DNA of 64,000 bases from Dehalococcoidia bacterium (GTDB taxonomy: Bacteria; Chloroflexota; Dehalococcoidia; Lucifugimonadales; JADFKI01). The notes under the pieces were generated by a model. It was not told the DNA's origin and searched no databases. It saw nothing but the letters and a program-made list of their open reading frames with translations. This document shows, piece by piece, positions 31,132-41,255 of this stretch (within the stretch, counting starts at the first letter, position 1; every line of letters begins with the position of its first letter). The DNA lies in assembly GCA_965214635.1 (NCBI GenBank), contig OZ243964.1:1939696-2003695 (forward strand). The letters are read 5' to 3'. A program made the position numbers and the translations under genes.

Positions 31132-32424
31132 ATGAGTAAATCGGTGGGGATAGGATTGCTGGGTTGTGGCGTGGTTGGTGGGGGCGTAACGCGCGTGCTG
31201 GCGGACAAGAGCGCACAGCTGGCGAAGCTCGCCGGCGCCGAACTGACGCTCAACGGCGTGCTGGTGCGCGATGCTGCTCGCAAGCGCGACGCCGCACTGC
31301 CCGTCGGCGCACTCACGACCGACCCGGACGCCGTAATCACCGACCCCGCCGTGGACATCGTGGTGGAGGTCATGGGCGGCGAGCAGCCTGCGCTCGACTA
31401 TATCATGCGCTCTATCGCACACGGCAAGCACATCGTTACCGCCAACAAAGAGGTGATGGCGAAGCACGGCGCAGACATCCTGTCGGCGGCTCGCAAGAAG
31501 GGCGTGCAGGTCTTGTTCGAGGCGAGCGTCGCGGGGGGCACTCCCATCATCGCCCCGCTGCTGCGCGACCTCGCTGCAAACGATGTGGTTAGCATCAACG
31601 GCATCATCAACGGCACGACGAACTACATCCTCACCAAGATGGCGCAAGATGGGCAGGATTTCGGCACGGCGCTGTCCGAGGCGCAGGCGCTGGGCTATGC
31701 CGAGTCTGACCCGACCAACGATGTGGAGGGCATAGACGCCGCATACAAGCTCGCCATCCTGTCCACGCTGGCGTTCCGCGCGCGCGTGAGCGACTGTGAT
31801 GTGTACTGCGAGGGCATCACGCAGCTGACAGCGCAAGACTTCCGCTACGCAAGCGAACTTGGCTACGCCATAAAACTGCTCGCCATCGCCAGCAAGACCG
31901 ATGGTGCGGTGCAGGCGCGGGTGCATCCGGTGCTGCTGCACGCCGATGTGATGCTCGCCAAGGTGGACGGCGTTCTGAATGCGGTGGAGGTGCAGACCGA
32001 CCTCGCCGGGCGGGTGCTGTTCCACGGGCGTGGTGCCGGCGATATGCCCACTAGCAGCGCCGTCATCGCCGACATCGTGGAGATTGCGCGCCATGTCGCA
32101 CAGGAAGCAGCGCCGCTGTCATCGCTTGCGCCCGCCGCCGATGTGCGCATCAGCCCCATCAGCGCACTCGAGACCAAGTACTACATGCGGCTGAATGTGA
32201 TGGAGCGCCCCGGCGTGTTCGCACAAATCCTGAAGGTGCTGGGCGACCTAGACATCAGCATAGCGTCCGCCATTCAGAAAGAGACAGACGACGCCGCGCG
32301 CCGCGCCGAAATCGTGCTGATGACGCATCGCGCCAGCGAAGCCGCTGTCCAGTCTGCGCTGCAGATTATCGGCGGCTTGGATGTGGTCAACGAAATCGGC
32401 AGCCTCATCCGCGTGGAAGACTAG
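31132..32424 (+). CDS. hom: homoserine dehydrogenase (with C-terminal ACT domain)
   Basis: IGLLGCGVVGGGV NAD fold, NKEVMAKHG, EASVAGGTPII, GIINGTTNYILT, and a C-terminal ACT-like YYMRLNVMERPGVFAQI. Confidence 0.92.
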   Translation: MSKSVGIGLLGCGVVGGGVTRVLADKSAQLAKLAGAELTLNGVLVRDAARKRDAALPVGALTTDPDAVITDPAVDIVVEVMGGEQPALDYIMRSIAHGKHIVTANKEVMAKHGADILSAARKKGVQVLFEASVAGGTPIIAPLLRDLAANDVVSINGIINGTTNYILTKMAQDGQDFGTALSEAQALGYAESDPTNDVEGIDAAYKLAILSTLAFRARVSDCDVYCEGITQLTAQDFRYASELGYAIKLLAIASKTDGAVQARVHPVLLHADVMLAKVDGVLNAVEVQTDLAGRVLFHGRGAGDMPTSSAVIADIVEIARHVAQEAAPLSSLAPAADVRISPISALETKYYMRLNVMERPGVFAQILKVLGDLDISIASAIQKETDDAARRAEIVLMTHRASEAAVQSALQIIGGLDVVNEIGSLIRVED

Positions 32425-32516
32425 GCGGGCGAGCGTCGGGTATCAGGGCGCCTGCTGACGAATCTGGGTGGCAGCGGGCTGTTAAGCGTGCCATCCCCCG
32501 TGTTGGAGGCGATTCG

Positions 32517-35500
32517 ATGCTGTTTTTGAGCCACATGGCGGCGCTGGATGTGGATGTGATGAGGCGTGTGATAGCGCAGCAGCAGGGCGATGATGCGCTG
32601 CGCCCGGTTACGGTGGTCTGTCCAAACACATATGCGATGGGTTCGCTGCGTCAGCGGCTGGGGCTGACGGGTTTCGCCAACTTGCGCTTCATCACCATCG
32701 ACATTCTGTCGGAGTGGCTCGGCTCGCCGTCGCTGGCTGAGAAGGGCAAGCGCCCGCTGACTTCCGTGTTTCGCACTGCCGTTGTGCGCTCTGTGGCGGC
32801 GCAGGCGCAGGGCGTGCTCGAGGGTATGGGTACGCATCCGTCCACGCACGCCGGTCTCCGCAGAACCTTTCAGGATCTGCGCCACGCATCCCCGGCCGCT
32901 CTCTCCCGCCTCGAAGAGGGCGGCGAGCTGCCCGGCGAGGTGGTTCGGCTCTTTCGCAAATACCGCGCCGACACTGCGGACTATCACGACAACGAAGACC
33001 GCGCTGCTGCCGCCGCCGATGCAGTGCGGGACGGCAGCGCATCCGGGGCGCTGGACGAGCAGGGCTTCGTAGTGTTCTATCATATGCGCAGGCTGACGCC
33101 GTCGCAGCGCAGGTTGGTGCGGGAGCTTGCCGCCGCCGGGCGCTGTGCCGTGATGCTCGGCTTGACGGGCGACGCCGATGCAGACCAAGCCACGCTCGAG
33201 TTCGCCGCCGAACTCCGCCCCGCATTTCAGGCAGCAGCCGGCCCCACTGCATCCCCGAACGGTATAGGCGATGCTGTGGATGTGTCTGACGGGGTGGCAT
33301 TGGACGCGATGATTGGCAACAGGGTCGGGGAAATCATCACAGCGCCGGACGCTCACCAAGAGGTTCGGATGGTCATCCGGCGGATAATGGGACTTGCTCA
33401 GGGCGGTGTTCCGTTCCATCGCATGGCGATACTCCATCGCCAGCAGAACCCATACGGCACACTGGTGCGCGAAGAGCTTACGCTGGCGGGCATCCCTGTT
33501 GCGGGCGCAAGCGCCACATCGCTGGCAGACACCGCCGTAGGGCGGACGCTGTTGGGCGTCATACGCTTGCGCGAGGAGGACTTTTCGCGCAGCGCAGTGA
33601 TGGAGTGGCTGACTGGCTGTCCAATCAACCCGCCTGTTGACGCATTCAGCCCCAGCCTGTGGGACGCCATATCCAAGCGCGCCCTAATCGTAGGCGGTGT
33701 GGAGCAGTGGGGGCAGCGTCTGTCGGCTTTCGCCGAAGAGAACGAACGGCAGGCAGACAGCGGCATAGGTGCTGGGGAGCGCGAACTCTCGGAAGGAGAG
33801 ACTTGGCGTCTGCGGAGAGATGCCAAGACCGCCCGCGATATGCGGAAATACATCGCGTCGCTGGCAGTAGACGCCGAACCGCCCGGCAACGGCGAACCCG
33901 TGCCGCACAACGGCTGGACTGCGTTCTGTGACTGGGCGAGCGACCTGCTGGGCAAGTATGTGAACGCCGACACACTTCCGGATGCCGAACAGCGCGCCTT
34001 GCACAAGATCAAGTCGAACCTTGATGACCTTGCAGCGGCAGACCACATCCCATCGCAGCCGCCGCTGAAGCCGGACGACTTTCGCCGCGCGCTCAGCGAG
34101 ATGCTGCGGGCGCAGGTGGGGCACTTGGATGCAGTGGGCAAGGGCGTGTTTGTTGCGCCGCTTCAGCGCGCCTCCGCTATGGACTTCGGTGCGGTGTATG
34201 TGGTCGGCATGGTAGAGGGCGCAATGCCCTCCGCAATGCGCGACAACCCGCTTGTCCCGGACGATGCGCGCCGCAATGCAGGCGGAGCGGCGGAGGGCAT
34301 CCCCCCGCTGATGCTTCAGCAGCGCGCCGAAGAGCGCTATGACTACCTAGCGGCGCTCGCCGTTGCGCCGTCCGTTACGCTGTCATATCCCGCTGCCGTC
34401 GCAGGGCGCAAGAACCACGCATCGCGCTGGCTGCTGGAAGCGGCGTCCGTCCATGCGGGAAAGCAGGTGTTCGCATCCGACCTGTCGGAATATGGCAGCG
34501 AAAATTGGCTGACCATACTCACATCCATGCAGCATTCGCTCGAATCCATTTGCGACGATGGCTCTGCGGCTGGGGCGCTCTACGCTGATGCGCACGACTA
34601 TGGTTTAGAGCGGCTGCACGAATGGCGGCGCATGGGCGGGGAGCCGGCGGCACACCCGCTTGCAGGCGCATTGGCGCTGGAAAGAGCGATGCGGCTGGTG
34701 GACGCTAGGAACAGCAGCGCCTTCACCGAGTGGGACGGCAACCTTGCGCAAGACGCCGACAGGTTCGCCGACCTGCTCTACGCCCGCCCGCTTTCGCCCA
34801 CGCGATTAGAGAGCTGGGCGCGCTGCCCGTTCCAATACTTCCTCGCCAATGTGCTGCGCCTGAGCGCGGAGGAAGACCCGGAGGACATATACACCATCAG
34901 CGCCTTGGAACGCGGCTCGCTCGTCCACGAAATCCTCGAAAGGTTCGTCAACGCCATGCGCGGCAGCATGCCCGCCCCGGATAAAGCGTGGGACGATGCC
35001 CATCGCAAGCTGCTGCTCGGCATTGCGGACGACGCCTTTGATGAAGCCGAAACTCGGGGCATAACGGGCAAGCGCTTGATGTGGACACTCGCCAAAGAAG
35101 AGATGCGAAGCGACCTGCATGCGTTCCTCGATGCGGAGGCGAAGATGCGCCACAGGGAGGGCGTGTCGCCGCTGAGCGCCGAGGCGAAGTTCGGCTTGGG
35201 CGGCGCAGGCGCATGGGACGCCGCCGAATACACCCTACCCGACGGCTCTCAGGTGCGCTTTCGTGGCGCAATAGACCGCATTGACCAGAGCGCAGACGGG
35301 CGCAAGGCGCTCGTGCTGGACTACAAGACTGGCGGCAGTTCGTCCTACAAGGGGCTGAAGGACGACCCCATTGACAAGGGCAAGCGCCTGCAGCTGGCGA
35401 TATACTCGCTGGCTGCGCGGCAAAACCTCCCGGATGCTGGCGATGTGCGTGCCGCATACTGGTTCGTTACCAGCAGGAGCAACTTCGAGATGCTCCCGCC

Positions 35501-35774
35501 CGAGCCTGTCAACATCGCCGATGATGCGGTGGATGAGCGCTTCGCAGCGGGTATGGGCATCATCATAGATGGCATTCGCGGCGGGCTGTTTCCCGCCAAC
35601 CCGGGCGGCATCGACAGGTGGAGCAGCAACTGCACATACTGCGACTTTAACTCGCTCTGCCCGTCGCGCCGCCAAGTATTGTGGGAGCGCAAGAGCGACG
35701 ACAGGGCGCTTCGCGACTACCTGCGGCTCAGCAACGATGCAGTAGACGCTGCTGATGAACCACGGACAGAATGA
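32517..35774 (+). CDS. AddB-type helicase-nuclease subunit (PD-(D/E)xK nuclease with Fe-S cysteines)
   Basis: 1085 aa. C-terminal RecB-family nuclease with WARCPFQYFL ... GAIDRID..VLDYKTG ... NCTYCDFNSLCP (1+3 Cys iron-staple pattern). No Walker A visible. Sits immediately upstream of the AddA-like gene. Confidence 0.8.
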   Translation: MLFLSHMAALDVDVMRRVIAQQQGDDALRPVTVVCPNTYAMGSLRQRLGLTGFANLRFITIDILSEWLGSPSLAEKGKRPLTSVFRTAVVRSVAAQAQGVLEGMGTHPSTHAGLRRTFQDLRHASPAALSRLEEGGELPGEVVRLFRKYRADTADYHDNEDRAAAAADAVRDGSASGALDEQGFVVFYHMRRLTPSQRRLVRELAAAGRCAVMLGLTGDADADQATLEFAAELRPAFQAAAGPTASPNGIGDAVDVSDGVALDAMIGNRVGEIITAPDAHQEVRMVIRRIMGLAQGGVPFHRMAILHRQQNPYGTLVREELTLAGIPVAGASATSLADTAVGRTLLGVIRLREEDFSRSAVMEWLTGCPINPPVDAFSPSLWDAISKRALIVGGVEQWGQRLSAFAEENERQADSGIGAGERELSEGETWRLRRDAKTARDMRKYIASLAVDAEPPGNGEPVPHNGWTAFCDWASDLLGKYVNADTLPDAEQRALHKIKSNLDDLAAADHIPSQPPLKPDDFRRALSEMLRAQVGHLDAVGKGVFVAPLQRASAMDFGAVYVVGMVEGAMPSAMRDNPLVPDDARRNAGGAAEGIPPLMLQQRAEERYDYLAALAVAPSVTLSYPAAVAGRKNHASRWLLEAASVHAGKQVFASDLSEYGSENWLTILTSMQHSLESICDDGSAAGALYADAHDYGLERLHEWRRMGGEPAAHPLAGALALERAMRLVDARNSSAFTEWDGNLAQDADRFADLLYARPLSPTRLESWARCPFQYFLANVLRLSAEEDPEDIYTISALERGSLVHEILERFVNAMRGSMPAPDKAWDDAHRKLLLGIADDAFDEAETRGITGKRLMWTLAKEEMRSDLHAFLDAEAKMRHREGVSPLSAEAKFGLGGAGAWDAAEYTLPDGSQVRFRGAIDRIDQSADGRKALVLDYKTGGSSSYKGLKDDPIDKGKRLQLAIYSLAARQNLPDAGDVRAAYWFVTSRSNFEMLPPEPVNIADDAVDERFAAGMGIIIDGIRGGLFPANPGGIDRWSSNCTYCDFNSLCPSRRQVLWERKSDDRALRDYLRLSNDAVDAADEPRTE

Positions 35775-35796
35775 ATAAGGGGTGGGAGAGTATCGG

Positions 35797-38700
35797 ATGG
35801 CGTCATCATCGGCTGTAAGCAAGTTCACGCCCAAAGACGATGCGGTTCGTCAGCGCATCACCCACAGCTTGGACGAAACGCTTTTCGTGGAGGCGGGCGC
35901 AGGCACGGGCAAGACCACAAGCCTAGTCTCCCGCGTGGTGAACCTAATCGCGCAGGGCAAGACCACGCCGGACAAGATTGCGGCTATCACCTTCACTGAA
36001 GCCGCCGCCGCCGAACTGCGCGAGCGTGTCCGCGCCGAATTGCAAAAAGCTGCAAGCGATGGTGAAATGCCCCCCGATAGGCGGGAACGATGCGTGCAAG
36101 CCATCCCCGACTTAGACCGTGCGTCCATCCAAACGCTGCATAGCTTCGCCGGCATGCTGCTGCGCGAGCGCCCGCTGGAGGCAGGGCTGCCACCCGGCTT
36201 CGAGACGCTGGACGCCATCGAAAGCGACCTGCGCTTCCAAGATGCGTGGACGGGGTGGCTGGACACAGCGCTCGATGACCCTGCGCTCGAATCGGCGTTT
36301 GCGCTGGGCTTGACGCTGGGGCTGAACATCAAGAGTATGCACGCCCTCGCCCTCGAGTTCCACCGCAACTATGACCTGCTGCCCGATGCCCCCGACGCAT
36401 TCGGCGCTGACCTGACAGGCACCCCGTCGTCTGATTTGCTCAAAGCGTTGATGGACGAAGCGGGTGAGCTACTGCGGCTGTGCGCCTTTTCCAAGATAGG
36501 CAGCGGGGATGCGCTGTACGACCATACTCATGACAAGGTTGAGCGCATCCTTCGCCTAGCGGATGTCGACCCCGATTCGCCCGCCGTGTATCGCCAACTG
36601 CTGGATCTGGTGCCCCTCAGACAGCGCAAAGGGCGTCAAGGAGACTGGCGCACCGACAACGAATCCGGCGTGAACGCCTGCAAACGCCTGAAAGAGCGGC
36701 TCATAGAGCTGAACAGCGAGGTGGAGGCGGATATAGCCGCCTGCCGCCAATATGCGCTGCAAATGCTGTGCAACGCCCTGAGCCGCTTCACGCGTGAATA
36801 CGCCGCGGATCGCAAGCGGCAGGGGTATGCTGACTTTCAAGATTTGCTGGTGTGGGCGCGCGATATGCTGCGGGACAACCTCACCGCGCGGGCGCACTTC
36901 CAACGGCGTTTCACGCACCTGCTCATCGACGAATCGCAGGACACAGACCCGCTGCAAGCCGAAATCGCGATGTTCATCGCCGAGGATGTGCCGTCTGCCC
37001 ATCGCAACGGCACAGGCTTACCCGCTCCGCAAATGGACTGGGAGAAGATTACGCCCAGGCGCGGCAAGATGTTCGTCGTCGGCGATGCCAAGCAGTCCAT
37101 CTACCGCTTTCGCCGCGCCGATGTTACGCAGCTGAACCGACTGCAAGAGCGGCTGACTGCCGCAGGCGCATCATTGCCGCTGACACAGAACTTCCGCTCT
37201 CAGCGCCCCGTTGTGGATTGGGTGAATGTGCTGTTTGCCCAATGGATGACGGGCAAAACCCAAGCGCCGTACACGCCGATAGAGCATCGCTGGGATGCAC
37301 AGTCCGATGATGGTGTCAAGCCGAGTGTGTGGCGCTTCGGCGATACGATGGACGGCAGCACCGAGTCCGTGCGCCGCAGCGAAGCAAAGCAGATGGCGGC
37401 TCTGCTGCGGCAGATAGTGGGCGAGCGGTGGCAGGTCTTGGACAGCGACAAGACCGAACAGGGGAATGCCGGGGCTGAAGTCTACAGGGATGCGAAGTAT
37501 GGGGACATCTGCATCCTGATGCGTGCGCGAACTGCGCTGTGGGCGCTGGAACAGCAGCTAGATGATGCGAATGTGGCGTATCGCATCGAGGGCGGGGCGC
37601 TGTTCTTCGAGACGCAAGAGGTGCGCGATCTGATGAACTGCTTGCGCGCCATAGACGATCCCGCCAACGAAGTGGCAATCGTCGCGGCGCTGCGCTCGCC
37701 CGCATTCGCCTGCACCGATGTGGAACTGCACGCGTTTCGCAGCTCGCCCGCAGGGCGCGGCGGGTTCAACTACCTGTCGCTGCCCGAACCCAACGGCACG
37801 GGCGGCAGGGTGGTTGACAGCCTCGCAGTGCTGCGCTGCGCACACGATAAGCGGTTGTGGCAGTCCACAGCGTCGCTGATAGACGGCTTCGTCCGCGACC
37901 GCAGGCTGATGGAAGTTGGCGTGGGCAGCCGCCGACCACGCGAGCAGTGGCGGCGCTATCGCTTCCTAGTGGAGCAGGCGCGCGCCTTTGCGGCGGCGGG
38001 TGGCAACTCATTGCGCGCCTTCTTGGATTGGGCACAGCGGCAGATGGATGAGAATGCCCGCGTCAGCGAAACCCCCGTGCCCGACTCGGACGAAGACGCC
38101 GTGCGAATTATGACCATCCACGGCGCAAAGGGGCTGGAGTTCCCCATCGTCATCCTCACAGGGCTTAACTTGCGCCGCCGCAGTCGCACGCCCATTGCCA
38201 TTTTCGACCGCACGAGTGGCGGTGTGGAAGTGGGTATCGGTTCCTCAAAAAGCAAGTTCGAGACGGCGAAATATGATGAGGCGTCGAAGCTGGAGAAGCT
38301 CATGGAGCAGGATGAGCACATCCGCCTGATGTATGTCGCCGCCACGCGCGCCCGCGACCACCTCGTCCTGAGCCTGCACAGGCTTGAAAAGGGCAGGTCC
38401 CGCAGGGACACTACGGACGCCGGCATAATAGCCGAAAAGATGCACTCCTTCCCCAATCTGTGGGAAGAGGCGGTGGTGCTGCCGCAATATGTCGCTGTGC
38501 CACAATCGCACACCGCTGCTCAGCCGCTAGTCGTCGCCGATCACTCGGTCGATGCACACCAACGCTGGCTGGATGAGCACAAGGCGAGCGTCGATGAAGC
38601 GTCTCGACAGGCGTCCATCGCCGCAACCCGATTAGGGCGCAGCCCCGACGACAAGCACGAAGCCGACCCGGACGCACCTGAGGCTGAACCCGCCCGACGC

Positions 38701-39243
38701 GGTCGTGCCGGCACATCCATCGGCAGAGCGGTGCACGCCGTGCTGCAGACCTGCGACCTCGCCACCGGCGCCGACATCGCCGCCGCAGCGCGCACCCAAG
38801 CCGCCGCAGAGGGGCTTCCCGGCAGAGAGCGCGAAATCGCCGACCTCGCCCGCAAAGCCATCCACAGCGCAATGGTCGAGCGCGCCGTGCGGTCTGGGCG
38901 ATACTGGCGCGAAGTCCCGATGGCAATCCCCATCGGCGGCGGCGTGCTGGAAGGCATCATCGACCTGCTGTTCGAAGAGGACGGCGAACTGGTGTTGGTG
39001 GACTACAAGACCGACCGTGTGAGCGAGGCGCAGCTGGGGGATGTCGCTGTTGAGCGATACGGCATGCAGGTCGGCGCATATGCGCTCGCCGTAGAACGCG
39101 CCACGGGCAAGTCCGTCAAGGATGCGGCGCTCTTGTATCTCAGCCGCGACACCGAAGTGTCGCTCGGAGCTGACCTGACCCGCTTGAAAGCATACGCTGA
39201 AAGCGAAGCGGCGGCGCAGTTTGCTGCCGTTTCAGATGCGTAA
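35797..39243 (+). CDS. AddA/RecB-type UvrD-family helicase-nuclease subunit
   Basis: Walker A EAGAGTGKTT, LLIDESQDTDP, VGDAKQSIYRFRRA, TIHGAKGLEFP, YVAATRARD, and a C-terminal nuclease GIIDLLFEEDGELVLVDYKTD. ATG 35797 follows GGTGGGAGAG. The ORF opens at 35782. Confidence 0.85.
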   Translation: MASSSAVSKFTPKDDAVRQRITHSLDETLFVEAGAGTGKTTSLVSRVVNLIAQGKTTPDKIAAITFTEAAAAELRERVRAELQKAASDGEMPPDRRERCVQAIPDLDRASIQTLHSFAGMLLRERPLEAGLPPGFETLDAIESDLRFQDAWTGWLDTALDDPALESAFALGLTLGLNIKSMHALALEFHRNYDLLPDAPDAFGADLTGTPSSDLLKALMDEAGELLRLCAFSKIGSGDALYDHTHDKVERILRLADVDPDSPAVYRQLLDLVPLRQRKGRQGDWRTDNESGVNACKRLKERLIELNSEVEADIAACRQYALQMLCNALSRFTREYAADRKRQGYADFQDLLVWARDMLRDNLTARAHFQRRFTHLLIDESQDTDPLQAEIAMFIAEDVPSAHRNGTGLPAPQMDWEKITPRRGKMFVVGDAKQSIYRFRRADVTQLNRLQERLTAAGASLPLTQNFRSQRPVVDWVNVLFAQWMTGKTQAPYTPIEHRWDAQSDDGVKPSVWRFGDTMDGSTESVRRSEAKQMAALLRQIVGERWQVLDSDKTEQGNAGAEVYRDAKYGDICILMRARTALWALEQQLDDANVAYRIEGGALFFETQEVRDLMNCLRAIDDPANEVAIVAALRSPAFACTDVELHAFRSSPAGRGGFNYLSLPEPNGTGGRVVDSLAVLRCAHDKRLWQSTASLIDGFVRDRRLMEVGVGSRRPREQWRRYRFLVEQARAFAAAGGNSLRAFLDWAQRQMDENARVSETPVPDSDEDAVRIMTIHGAKGLEFPIVILTGLNLRRRSRTPIAIFDRTSGGVEVGIGSSKSKFETAKYDEASKLEKLMEQDEHIRLMYVAATRARDHLVLSLHRLEKGRSRRDTTDAGIIAEKMHSFPNLWEEAVVLPQYVAVPQSHTAAQPLVVADHSVDAHQRWLDEHKASVDEASRQASIAATRLGRSPDDKHEADPDAPEAEPARRGRAGTSIGRAVHAVLQTCDLATGADIAAAARTQAAAEGLPGREREIADLARKAIHSAMVERAVRSGRYWREVPMAIPIGGGVLEGIIDLLFEEDGELVLVDYKTDRVSEAQLGDVAVERYGMQVGAYALAVERATGKSVKDAALLYLSRDTEVSLGADLTRLKAYAESEAAAQFAAVSDA

Positions 39244-39287
39244 CTGCGCGTGCGTGATGGGCAGGCGCTCACAGCGTTGGCGCTGCC

Positions 39288-40337
39288 TCACAGGAGCGCC
39301 TCGTTAAGGCGCACCCCGAAGCCCGGCGCATCGGACGGCGAGATGTACCCGTCCACGGGCGCAGGCTCGTCGAGCCACACCACATCGCGCTCGGTTCGGA
39401 TGTGGTCGGCGTGATACTCGGCGAGGTCGGCGCAGTCTGATCCGGCGATGAGATGCAGCCCCCACACTTCGCCGCCGCGATGCGGTGCAACTGGCACGCC
39501 AATGCCGTTGGCAAGCTCCACGATGCGCAGCCCCTCGGTGATGCCGCCGCACCAAGTGATGTCCGGCTGCCACAGGTCGAGCGCCCGCAGCCGCGCCGCC
39601 TCGCGAAAGCCGTGATGCGTGAACTCATGCTCGCCGCCCGCAACCAGCGTGGGCTTCACAGCGTCCACAAGCGCCGCCTGCCCCTCTAGGTCGTCCGGCG
39701 TGAGCAAATCCTCGAACCAGTATAGGTTGTAGTCCGCCAGCCGCCGCACCATTTCCAGCGTAACATCGGCGTCCCAAGACATATACACATCCACCATCAC
39801 GAGCGCATCGTCGCCGAACACGCCCCGCACATGTTCTGCTGTGCGCACGGCTGTGTCGTAATCCTCCGGGCTGCCCGTCCAGCGATGCCCGAACTTGTTG
39901 GCGGTATAGCCCTGTTCGCGATAGAGTTCGGCGTCTTCGCCGGTGGCGTATGCCCTGATGCGGCGTTTCGGCGCATCGCTGAGCAGGGCGTATACTGGCA
40001 CATCGCGCCGCTTGCCCAGCGCATCGTAGAGCGCAAGATCCACGCCGCTGAGCGCCATGATGCCCAGCCCCTTGCGCCCGTATGGCAGCGATTCGCGGTA
40101 TAGCACATCGTACGCTGCATGTATGTCTGCCACGCTCTCAATCGTGCGCCCCACGAGCAGGTCGCGCAGGTGTCCGTTCACCACCGCAACGCCTGCCACA
40201 CCGCCGCCGCCATATCCGTAGCCGCTCACGCCGGCGTCCGTGTCCACCCGCACCACTATCTGCCAGAAGTGCGTCCTCCAAGACGGCGCAAGATGCTGAT
40301 ACTTCGGATACACCGCTTTAACATCGGTGATTTTCAT
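39288..40337 (-). CDS. enolase-superfamily enzyme (mandelate racemase/muconate lactonizing family, acid-sugar dehydratase-like)
   Basis: 349 aa. MKITDVKA..VRVDTDAGVSGYGYGGG capping domain and barrel with VDVYMSW, WFEDLL, GGEHE metal-ligand-like positions. Confidence 0.85.
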   Translation of the reverse strand: MKITDVKAVYPKYQHLAPSWRTHFWQIVVRVDTDAGVSGYGYGGGGVAGVAVVNGHLRDLLVGRTIESVADIHAAYDVLYRESLPYGRKGLGIMALSGVDLALYDALGKRRDVPVYALLSDAPKRRIRAYATGEDAELYREQGYTANKFGHRWTGSPEDYDTAVRTAEHVRGVFGDDALVMVDVYMSWDADVTLEMVRRLADYNLYWFEDLLTPDDLEGQAALVDAVKPTLVAGGEHEFTHHGFREAARLRALDLWQPDITWCGGITEGLRIVELANGIGVPVAPHRGGEVWGLHLIAGSDCADLAEYHADHIRTERDVVWLDEPAPVDGYISPSDAPGFGVRLNEALL

Positions 40338-40412
40338 GCAAGAACCTCATATCAACCAAAACCGATAACTTACCTTGTGTGCGAGGATTGAAGTTGCGGG
40401 AAGGGCGTAGCC

Positions 40413-41255
40413 TCAATTGCGTTCGTCCAGCGCCGCCAAGATGCGCTGTGCTGTGAGTTCCACCAAGCGCGTGTCCACGCCAAGCGTAGGGGTTGCGCTG
40501 AACGGGATGTGCGGGTATTTTTCGCCGAGTTCTTTCAGCCCGCCCATTATGTTGCGGGTGAGGATTAGCCCGGGGAAGAAGATGTATGGCACGCAGGTAA
40601 CGCTGCTTACGCACCGCCGCTCGACCAGCTCTGCGGCGGCTTCGTGCATGGTGGGCGAGTCGAAATGAGATTGTGCCACGGCGACGGCGTATCCCGCGCC
40701 TAGCTGCTCTTCTACCCTGTGCCCCAGTTCGTGCAGCCACAGATGATCCTCAGACGGGGAGCGCGTCCCTGCCTTGACCAGCATCACGCCGCTGGGCGCT
40801 GCTGCATCGCCGGCGGCAGATGTGCCGTTGCGTGACGGCGTTTGCAGCAGCGCCCGATCTGCCACGATGTCCACGAGCGCTGGGTCGCAGCCAAAGCCGC
40901 CGGACGCCTGTATCTGCGCCTGCGGATGTCCGGCAAGTGCGCGCTCGATTTCCTCGCTGAGGTCTTCGGTGGTGTGCGTGCCGCGCCCCAGCAGGAAGGG
41001 CATGACCACAATCCTGAGACGCCCATCTGCCACTAGCGTGCTAACAGCCGCCGTGAGGTCGGGCTGGATGAACTCCAAGCACGCCATCACAACCTTGGCG
41101 TGCCGTTCGTCGAGCCGCTCTTGCAGGCGGCGCACCATGAGCCGCAGCCCGTCTATGGTGTCGCTGCCGCGGCGGCTGCCGTGCGCCAGCAGCACCACGC
41201 CTATGTCCGTATCGGGCGTTCTGCCGTTCTTAGCGTTTTGCGTAAAAGTGTTCAT
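40413..41255 (-). CDS. cbiX: sirohydrochlorin cobaltochelatase CbiX (two-domain form)
   Basis: Two CbiX-like halves (VVLLAHGSRR.. and VMLVKAGTRSP..). ATG overlaps the cobH stop (ATGA). Confidence 0.75.
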   Translation of the reverse strand: MNTFTQNAKNGRTPDTDIGVVLLAHGSRRGSDTIDGLRLMVRRLQERLDERHAKVVMACLEFIQPDLTAAVSTLVADGRLRIVVMPFLLGRGTHTTEDLSEEIERALAGHPQAQIQASGGFGCDPALVDIVADRALLQTPSRNGTSAAGDAAAPSGVMLVKAGTRSPSEDHLWLHELGHRVEEQLGAGYAVAVAQSHFDSPTMHEAAAELVERRCVSSVTCVPYIFFPGLILTRNIMGGLKELGEKYPHIPFSATPTLGVDTRLVELTAQRILAALDERN

